Shown in pieces: positions 56,979-64,000 of a DNA stretch of 64,000 nt. Below the pieces are notes generated by a model. The model worked only from the letters and a program-made list of their open reading frames with translations, did not search any database and was not told where the DNA came from. The position numbers and the translations under genes were made by a program. The stretch's first letter is position 1; each line of letters opens with the position of its first letter. The DNA is from Eubacteriales bacterium (GTDB lineage Bacteria; Bacillota; Clostridia; Oscillospirales; CAG-272). Location: the NCBI GenBank assembly GCA_045612715.1, contig JAZKZP010000011.1:2745-66744 (forward strand). Direction: 5' to 3'.

Positions 56979-57899
56979 ATGAAATATCCAATAAATAAAG
57001 AGTTTTTTCCACAGTCTTATTTTTACAATCCCATAAGAAGTGCACGCCTTGCAGGTTGGGTCGGCTCACTTTTCAAAGCTCCAAACAAGCTTTTTAAGGA
57101 TAAAAAAATTCGTGTTACCCGTGAAATAGTAACTGGATATGATGGCGGCAGTTTCGAAATACTTGTTTTCGAGCCTTATGGACTTTGCGAGCCTGCGCCA
57201 TGTTTGGTTTATTTTCACGGTGGTGGCTTTATATTCGGAGCTGGTGACTATAACTATAATATTGCGAAAGAATATTGCTTGCGACTGAAATCAAAGTTGA
57301 TTTTTGTGAACTATCGTTTAGCACCAAAGCATCCTCATCCTACGCCTGTTGAAGATTGCTATTCAGGTCTTCGTTTTGCTTTTGAGAATGCAAAAAAATA
57401 TGGTATCGATAATAAAAGAATCGGTGTTGCAGGCGAAAGTGCAGGTGGTGCACTTTCGGCAGCTGTATGCCTTATGTCGCGTGATAGAGGTACAGAAGCT
57501 CCTGCTTTTCAGCTTCTTATTTATCCTGTTACTGATATTACCATGAATACCGAATCCAATAGACGATTCACTGATACACCTGTTTGGAATAGTAATCTTT
57601 CAAAAATGATGTGGCCAGCATATGTTCCTGACAGAGAGAGGGAGGATATTTGCTATGCTTCACCTATGCAAGCAAAGTATTTTGGTGATTTGCCACCTGC
57701 GTATGTCGAAACTGCAGAGTTTGATTGCCTTCATGATGAGGCAATCAATTATGCAAATGCAATGCGTAAGGCAGGTGTATTGGTTGAGATCAACGAAACA
57801 AAGGGAACTATGCACGGTTTCGATAATGTGCTAAAAGCTGCTACTACTCGCCAAGTGATGGAAACGCGCGTGTCTTTTATGAAAAAGTATTTTGAGTAA
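56979..57899 (+). CDS. HSL-family esterase/lipase
   Basis: HGGGF, NYRLAP, GESAGG, D.LHDE, HGF. Confidence 0.92.
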   Translation: MKYPINKEFFPQSYFYNPIRSARLAGWVGSLFKAPNKLFKDKKIRVTREIVTGYDGGSFEILVFEPYGLCEPAPCLVYFHGGGFIFGAGDYNYNIAKEYCLRLKSKLIFVNYRLAPKHPHPTPVEDCYSGLRFAFENAKKYGIDNKRIGVAGESAGGALSAAVCLMSRDRGTEAPAFQLLIYPVTDITMNTESNRRFTDTPVWNSNLSKMMWPAYVPDREREDICYASPMQAKYFGDLPPAYVETAEFDCLHDEAINYANAMRKAGVLVEINETKGTMHGFDNVLKAATTRQVMETRVSFMKKYFE

Positions 57900-57906
57900 A
57901 TAATAA

Positions 57907-57935
57907 AAAAGTCTTTGGCATCGCCAAAGACTTTT
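57907..57935. terminator. Bidirectional terminator
   Basis: AAAAGTCTTTGGC-atc-GCCAAAGACTTTT. Confidence 0.85.
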
Positions 57936-58308
57936 ATTTTTTCTTTTTGATTTTCTTTCTTGTTAAATCATAGCTAATTTTCGTTACCCACTTAATAGTA
58001 TCTTCGTCACACGAGCCGTCAAGGGCGAGCGTCAGCCAATGCTTTTTACTCATATGATAGGCAGGAAAAACCCCGTTTTCTCGCCAAAGGTCGTCCATAA
58101 TTTCGGGCGCGCATTTGAGATTGACAACGTCAATCAATTCATCGCTATCAATTCCCAACTTTCGCTTTTGGATTCTCATAACAAGTGCAAACCACTTTTT
58201 GTTGTCAGGATGACGGAAAACCCAAGTATAAAGATCGTCTTCAAATGGGCAATCATATTTAATGTTGTATAATTTTTCAATATGTGCTATGAATTTTTGT
58301 CTATTCAT
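57934..58308 (-). CDS. MmcQ/YjbR family DNA-binding protein
   Basis: VFRH..NKKWFAL, NLKC.P, PAYHMSKKHW, SYDLT. Confidence 0.9.
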   Translation of the reverse strand: MNRQKFIAHIEKLYNIKYDCPFEDDLYTWVFRHPDNKKWFALVMRIQKRKLGIDSDELIDVVNLKCAPEIMDDLWRENGVFPAYHMSKKHWLTLALDGSCDEDTIKWVTKISYDLTRKKIKKKK

Positions 58309-58425
58309 AAAATTCACCTTCTTTTAACAAATTATAACACAATTTTTATAAATTTTCAATAATTATTGCAATTTCATAATAAAAGTGCTAAAATAAAACT
58401 ATATTACATAATTAAGGAGTTTTTT

Positions 58426-59598
58426 ATGAAAGAAATCATTCAAGGTAAACTCAATAGGGTATTAATCACATTTATCATACTGGTTGGTGCATTTTTGGGC
58501 ATAACGTCTATAGGGTATATAATTGAAGTAGAATTACTTAACGAGCTTAGCTATTCCTATCTAGACTATCTTTTGTATCTTCTTGGTTACGGTAGTATAG
58601 ATGATTCAAACATTTGGTTTAAGGTTGTATTCTCAATAAGCAGTTTATTTGTGCTGACGCTTTTTTCCTCTGCATGTACTGTAACTTGGTTGGAGTCAAG
58701 AAGAACACTGAAAATTGATGATAGTATATCAATAGAAAAGGACGCAAACGGAGATTATATAGCCAATGTTTGCTTAAGAAGTAAAGCGCAATCTATTTAT
58801 GGTGCTAAGGTTGCCGTGATAATAAATGTTGAGAGCGAGTCCTTTTCTGAAGAAGCGAAAATTGCGTATATTCCCCGAAAAAGCTATAGATATGCCAAGT
58901 TCAAGATTGGCTTAAATTCGGTTTTCTATAAGCATTTTAAAGAAATACTTGAAAATAGACAAGAGGGAACTGAACTCGTTGTGGCAATTACATATTCTGA
59001 CGTTCTTTCTGGCGAAGAATATACCGTTTTCAAAAAGTACACGTACGCAAATTTAAAGAAAAAGCACCCGGATTTCGTGTTTGGCACAAAAGATAAAACT
59101 GATACCTTGTTGAAATCTGAATTTGAAAAATATATTACCGCAAATCATATTGATATAAATTTGAGCAATGCAAAGATTATTGATAGTAAAAGTCCCGAAA
59201 GATATTCTCCCGAGCCACAGAACGCATTCAGCGTCTGCTTTGAAGCCGAAAAAGAATATAATGGCGGAGATTTTCAGATGTTTTGCATTCCAATTGACAT
59301 AAATGACGATTGGGGAGTTTATTACGATATGGGTGCGCATCTTTATATCGAACTAGATACGATTAATGATATAAATGTTTTTGTTGAGATAAAAAATGAT
59401 GACGGAAGAACGGTAAATATTCTTGAAAATACCAAACTTAACTCGGATAATAGAATACTTGAAATTGATATGACGAGATACAGACGTCACACTTGGGAAA
59501 ATATGAAAGAGGTCTGCTTTACAGTATTCTTCTCTCACGTTAGAGATGAGAATAAAAAAGCAGAGTTTACAATAAAGGAATGTGCATTCCACATATAA
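58426..59598 (+). CDS. Divergent inward-rectifier (Kir/KirBac-like) 2-TM channel with extra C-terminal beta-sandwich domain
   Basis: TM1-short helix-GYG-TM2, then Kir-like cytoplasmic motifs (KIGLNSVFY, ELVVAITYSDVLSGEEYTVFKKY). AAGGAG RBS; TTGCAA-17-TAAAAT promoter at 58366-58394. Confidence 0.6.
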   Translation: MKEIIQGKLNRVLITFIILVGAFLGITSIGYIIEVELLNELSYSYLDYLLYLLGYGSIDDSNIWFKVVFSISSLFVLTLFSSACTVTWLESRRTLKIDDSISIEKDANGDYIANVCLRSKAQSIYGAKVAVIINVESESFSEEAKIAYIPRKSYRYAKFKIGLNSVFYKHFKEILENRQEGTELVVAITYSDVLSGEEYTVFKKYTYANLKKKHPDFVFGTKDKTDTLLKSEFEKYITANHIDINLSNAKIIDSKSPERYSPEPQNAFSVCFEAEKEYNGGDFQMFCIPIDINDDWGVYYDMGAHLYIELDTINDINVFVEIKNDDGRTVNILENTKLNSDNRILEIDMTRYRRHTWENMKEVCFTVFFSHVRDENKKAEFTIKECAFHI

Positions 59599-59611
59599 AG
59601 GAGAGATAATT

Positions 59612-60169
59612 ATGAGAAAGAATTTTGGACCAAAATCTTGGCTTTATCCTATGCCCGTGCTTATCGTGGGAACATATGACGAAAACGGAAATCCCAATGC
59701 AATGAATGCCGCTTGGGGTGGGATATATGATACAAATCAAGTTATGGTATGCCTTGCGCACGAACATAAAACTGCTGAAAATATTAAAAAAACAGGTGCT
59801 TTTACATTGAGCTTTGCAACTGCAAAAATGGTTGCCGAATGTGACTACGTTGGCATAGTTTCTGCTAATGACGTACCCGATAAATTTGCCCGTGCGGGTT
59901 TCCACGCAACAAAGAGTAATTTTGTCAATGCTCCCATTATCGCAGAGCTTCCAATGACCGTTGAATGTAATCTTCTTAAATTTAATGAAGACGGAATTTG
60001 TATCGGTGAGATAGTAAATGTTTGCGCTAAAGAAGAAATCCTCAATGAAAAAGGTCAGATAGACGCAAAGAAACTCGACCCCATAACCTATGATAGTTCA
60101 ACTCATACCTATTGGCGCTTAGGTGACGCCGCAGGCAAGGCATTTTCAGATGGGAAGAAGATTAAATGA
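59612..60169 (+). CDS. Flavin reductase / flavoredoxin-like protein
   Basis: YPMPV.IVGTYD..G.PNAM.AAWGG, CDYVGIVS, APII.ELP..VEC. Confidence 0.9.
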   Translation: MRKNFGPKSWLYPMPVLIVGTYDENGNPNAMNAAWGGIYDTNQVMVCLAHEHKTAENIKKTGAFTLSFATAKMVAECDYVGIVSANDVPDKFARAGFHATKSNFVNAPIIAELPMTVECNLLKFNEDGICIGEIVNVCAKEEILNEKGQIDAKKLDPITYDSSTHTYWRLGDAAGKAFSDGKKIK

Positions 60170-60816
60170 GTAAAAAAATAAAAATCCTCATCGGCACAAC
60201 AAATCCATCCAAAATACCTCGTTTTGAGGGCTTTTTAACAGGTTGCGACGTTGAATTTTATACCTTGCGTGATCTCGGTATTGAAAGTGAGCCTGAAGAA
60301 GCAGGGAAAAACCCAAAAGAAAATGCCGAAATAAAGGCACGCTATTATGGTCAGTTCTTTGATCGCGTTATCTGTAACGATTCAGGACTTTATTTTGATT
60401 GTTTACCACTTGACGATCCTCGCCAACCGGGACTTAATATAAGAACTCCGCAGGGAAGAGAGAGAATGAACGACGAAGAAAGCATCGAATACTATTCCTC
60501 ACTTGTTCACGAACTTGGTGGAAAGGTGCTTGCTTACTATATTGACGGAATTGCAGTTTATAATCAAGGTAAGGTGCATACATTTATGGAAACGGGCGAA
60601 ACAAACCGTGCAAGTGCATTTTATATGGTCGATATGCCATCACCCAAAAGACAAGCAGGCTGGCCACTAAACTCTCTCTCGATTAATCGAAATACTAACG
60701 ATTACTTCGTTGACGGCGGAAACAATAAATATGACCCCGTTAGAGAAGATATTATGATAGGTCAATATCGTGCACGAGTTATCGAATTTCTTAAAAAATC
60801 ACTTGAATTAGATTAA
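60166..60816 (+). CDS. Ham1/RdgB-like non-canonical purine NTP pyrophosphatase, divergent
   Basis: GTTNPSK, EE.G...ENA.IKA, DSGL, PG motifs; canonical SHR absent. Confidence 0.78.
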   Translation: MSKKIKILIGTTNPSKIPRFEGFLTGCDVEFYTLRDLGIESEPEEAGKNPKENAEIKARYYGQFFDRVICNDSGLYFDCLPLDDPRQPGLNIRTPQGRERMNDEESIEYYSSLVHELGGKVLAYYIDGIAVYNQGKVHTFMETGETNRASAFYMVDMPSPKRQAGWPLNSLSINRNTNDYFVDGGNNKYDPVREDIMIGQYRARVIEFLKKSLELD

Positions 60817-60844
60817 AAAATGCTCCCTCTCGGGAGCATTTTTT
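60815..60844. terminator. Bidirectional terminator
   Basis: AAAAAATGCTCCC-tctc-GGGAGCATTTTTT. Confidence 0.85.
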
Positions 60845-60847
60845 ATA

Positions 60848-63226
60848 TTAAACTACTTCAAATTCAACAACTTGATCTTCAAGTCTTGAACAAGAAAGTG
60901 TAACCTTTGCTTTGCCTTTTTCTCCGGTAGTTTTAACGTAGAATGCACTCATTCCACCTCTCAAGGAAATCATATCAGGTCCAATTATTTCAAGCGGTCC
61001 GTCAACTGTCAGCTTGATTGCCTCGTTACAATAGGGAAGAAGATTTCCGTTTTCATCAAGTGCGCGAATTCTGACAACAGATACGTCATAGGAGGTGCGC
61101 TCATGAAGATATTTGTGGTTTGACTCAATTTCAAGGTGCATCTTGTTCATTGGGGTTTTTGTAACTGTTCTAACAACCCTTCTATCTCTTATCGCATCAA
61201 AACGATAAACTGTGCTCTTGCCACCCCAATCGCCAACATATTTCGTGTATAAATCCACAATTTGATTAATACTCATTCTATAAACCACCATACATTTAAG
61301 CGCCATTTTAGCAAGTGTAGGTGTAATTTGAGTATAACCGTTAAGTCCAATATAATTGAGCGCCTTAGCAACGTATAGCGCCTTTTTATGTGGCATTTTT
61401 TCTTCGGTTTCTAGAAGGTCACCAACGTAATCGTCAATCAAAATAGGTGATTTCACCATGGACGCAAAATACTCGTTATGAGGGAAGTATTCCTTGATAA
61501 ACTTATCGTTTTTATACATTTTAACGCTATCTGCATTGGTAAATATCCAAACGTTGCCTTTAATTGATGCAGGATTCTCACCTATATCCATCGATGAAGA
61601 AACTTCAAGTACATCACCTAACAATTTGCCGTGCGATTTATATACCGCCGCCGCAAGCTTTGGATTACGGAACATATCCGTAACACCGTGATAGCAAATT
61701 CGGTCCCCGCTTCCAAAATCCTTGTGAGTGTTGTAATCGGCCATACACCATGAGAAGCTTCCGCAAATATCGGGATGTGATGCTACATCATTCAGCACCC
61801 TCGCGTGTCTTAAAGCGTGCTCAAGACGATGTTCCTCATTATCAAAGCTCTTGGTAGGGAACATATGCCCATTGTTTTCGGTAATCAAATAGGGCTTGTT
61901 TACATTAGAAGTTATATTTTTCTTTGGCGAACAACCTGCCTTTTTGCCATCGTGCAAAAAGTCGTTATAAGTGTAAACATCCTCTAAAAGCTCGCTCTTT
62001 GCAAAGTTTCTAACGCCACCCGTTTGTCTTGTCGGGTCAAGCTGATGCGCTACTTCATTCGTGCGAACATAAAAATCATGGTCATCACGCGACTCGTTGA
62101 TGCGAACACCCCAAATCACGATTGAAGGATGATTTCTATATTGAATAATCATCTCTCTAACGTTTTGAACAGCTTGATTTTTCCATTCTTCGTTACCGAT
62201 GTGTTGCCAACCTGGAATTTCCGTAAAAACAAGCAAACCCAAGGTATCACACTCGTCAATGAAATATTGAGATTGTGGATAATGTGAGGTTCTCACCGCA
62301 TTCACACCAAGGTCCTTTAAAACGTAGGCATCATCTCTCTGCATCGATTCAGGCATAGCATATCCAACGTATGGATAGCTTTGATGTCTATTTAATCCCC
62401 TTATCTGGACGCGTCTTCCATTGAGAAAAAATCCTTCGCTTGTAAATTCTGCTTTTCTAAAGCCAACTGCTACCTCGTGTATATCAATAACTTTTCCGTC
62501 AGCTATCAATTCGGTACGAACAAGATAACGGTAAGGATGTTCAATATCCCATAGCTTAACATGTTTAATAAAGCCACAAAGATGAAAGTAATGATCCTCA
62601 ATTATTTCTTCTTTAATGAATATTTCATCATTTGATCCACTTAAAAAAGTTGCAGTTTGTCTAATCTTTGCTCCAGCAGGATATTCTCCGCGAAGTGATA
62701 TCCAGCTTGTGATTTTTCCGGTATATTCAGGAATAACAAAAATATCATCAATATAGCATTGTTCCTTAATATCAAGATAAACATCACGATAAATTCCACC
62801 ATAGGTCATATAGTCGATTACGTTTCCAAATGGTGGAATATTCAAATTTTCTCTTGAATCTAGCTTTACAACAAGAATATTTTCTTCGCCAAGCTTTAAT
62901 TTGCCTGTCAATTCAAGTGTAAAAGCGGTATATCCCGAATAATGCTCTCCAATCTTTTCTCCGTTAAGAAAAACTTCAGCATAATGAGCAGCACCCTCAA
63001 ATGTAAGAAGCACACGCTTGTTTTCCCAATCTGTTGGCGCAGAAATTACTTTGCGATAAGCACAAAGCATTTGATATTCTTCCTCGGAAAAATAGTTGAA
63101 CGGTAGCTCTCGTGTTGTGTGGGGAATTCTTACTTCTTGAAATCCTTCATCAATACTTCCATAAATATATTCTTCTTTAAATTCTTCTGCAAATTGCCAA
63201 GTGTTGTTGATATAAATTCTGTTCAT
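60848..63226 (-). CDS. GH2 beta-galactosidase-like glycosidase
   Basis: GLNRHQSYPYVGYAM, NAVRTSHYPQ, WGVRINES, ITE.NGHMFP. Confidence 0.93.
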   Translation of the reverse strand: MNRIYINNTWQFAEEFKEEYIYGSIDEGFQEVRIPHTTRELPFNYFSEEEYQMLCAYRKVISAPTDWENKRVLLTFEGAAHYAEVFLNGEKIGEHYSGYTAFTLELTGKLKLGEENILVVKLDSRENLNIPPFGNVIDYMTYGGIYRDVYLDIKEQCYIDDIFVIPEYTGKITSWISLRGEYPAGAKIRQTATFLSGSNDEIFIKEEIIEDHYFHLCGFIKHVKLWDIEHPYRYLVRTELIADGKVIDIHEVAVGFRKAEFTSEGFFLNGRRVQIRGLNRHQSYPYVGYAMPESMQRDDAYVLKDLGVNAVRTSHYPQSQYFIDECDTLGLLVFTEIPGWQHIGNEEWKNQAVQNVREMIIQYRNHPSIVIWGVRINESRDDHDFYVRTNEVAHQLDPTRQTGGVRNFAKSELLEDVYTYNDFLHDGKKAGCSPKKNITSNVNKPYLITENNGHMFPTKSFDNEEHRLEHALRHARVLNDVASHPDICGSFSWCMADYNTHKDFGSGDRICYHGVTDMFRNPKLAAAVYKSHGKLLGDVLEVSSSMDIGENPASIKGNVWIFTNADSVKMYKNDKFIKEYFPHNEYFASMVKSPILIDDYVGDLLETEEKMPHKKALYVAKALNYIGLNGYTQITPTLAKMALKCMVVYRMSINQIVDLYTKYVGDWGGKSTVYRFDAIRDRRVVRTVTKTPMNKMHLEIESNHKYLHERTSYDVSVVRIRALDENGNLLPYCNEAIKLTVDGPLEIIGPDMISLRGGMSAFYVKTTGEKGKAKVTLSCSRLEDQVVEFEVV

Positions 63227-63362
63227 AATATGCCTCCTTTACAGGAATACATAAATTATACCATCTAATATTGATAAAATCAATAGATATTTGTCAAAAT
63301 TCCTTGACTTGCTGTATTGATAAGTGGTATAATAAATTATTAACATTATGGAGGATTAATTT

Positions 63363-64000
63363 ATGATTATCTTTCAAGAAAACGAGCTTAGAATATCCTT
63401 GCTTACACCAAGAGTGTTAAGAACTGAAAAAGGCGCGTTTTGCGACTTGCCCACGCAGACCGTTATCAATAGGGATTTCGGTGAAGTGAAGTATACTTTA
63501 GAAGATGAAGGAAAGTATATTTTTGTGCAAACCGAAGAAGCAGGATATAGAGTTAGAAAATTAGACGGCAAGGTCCTTTATGCTACAATGCCGCCGTATT
63601 GCTATACAAAGAATTTTACTAAACATCTTCTTCCCGGTACAGCAAGAACGCTTGATACTGTAAATGGCTCAACAAAGCTTGAAAAGGGCATAATTTCTCG
63701 CTGCGGTACCTCTCTTATGGATGATAGCAAATCACTTGTTATCAATCCCGACGGTACTGTTTCACCACGTGAAAAGTGTAAGGATAGATATTGGTTTGTT
63801 CATTCGGGTGATAATCACTATCTTGAACAATTGCGAGATTTCTTTGCTATAACGGGTGAAGTGCCCCTTATTCCCAAATATGCACTCGGCAACTGGTGGA
63901 GCAGATATAAGGCATATACGCAAGAAGAATATCGATCTCTGATGAAGGAATTTATAAATCGAGAAATTCCGATAACCGTTGCTACCATTGACATGGATTG
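63363..64000 (+). CDS. GH31 alpha-glycosidase, N-terminal part (3'-truncated; absent from ORF track)
   Basis: Manual translation MIIFQENELRISLLTPRVLRTE...PGTARTLD...ITGEVPLIPKYALGNWWSRY...TIDMD; GGAGG RBS; TTGACT-18-TATAAT promoter at 63304-63333. Confidence 0.9.
   Translation, partial: MIIFQENELRISLLTPRVLRTEKGAFCDLPTQTVINRDFGEVKYTLEDEGKYIFVQTEEAGYRVRKLDGKVLYATMPPYCYTKNFTKHLLPGTARTLDTVNGSTKLEKGIISRCGTSLMDDSKSLVINPDGTVSPREKCKDRYWFVHSGDNHYLEQLRDFFAITGEVPLIPKYALGNWWSRYKAYTQEEYRSLMKEFINREIPITVATIDMD

Overview
Chromosomal, AT-rich window from a spore-forming Clostridia-like Firmicute, probably an uncultured gut fibre degrader. This is inferred from gene content: dacB, ytfJ, scpAB, Rex, DnaD/DnaI, sigma-A promoters. 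Layout: (i) 1-15.3 kb is housekeeping: amino-acid ABC, dCMP deaminase, rimI, tsaD, rex-dnaD-dnaI behind a cluster of DnaA-box-like 9-mers, prmC, rluB, dacB, ytfJ, scpAB, site-2 protease, engB, lon. (ii) 15.6-40.4 kb is a pectin/galacturonate locus: kduI-kduD, a ~1290-aa PL9 lyase, an AEC transporter, an AraC regulator, uxaB-uxaA-uxaC, and a 13-gene minus-strand operon. In that operon an ABC importer (two permeases, an oversized binding lipoprotein, two ATPases) is interleaved with five unrecognised membrane proteins plus GH28, GH105 and an isomerase. (iii) 40.9-64 kb is mixed: GH5-GH3, a cobalamin riboswitch with a DUF4430-like lipoprotein and ECF S component, a TetM/EF-G-like GTPase fused to an NYN (YacP/Rae1) RNase, a secreted nuclease, hydrolases, a divergent Kir-like channel with an extra C-terminal domain, GH2 and a partial GH31. 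I saw no tRNA, rRNA, CRISPR or mobile element. Best candidates for new biology: the ABC importer with five accessory membrane proteins, the Kir-like fusion, the GTPase-NYN fusion, and a repeated CTTGATTTTTTTGA(T/C)A motif in the pectin locus. All family calls come from motif recognition by eye; no searches were run.
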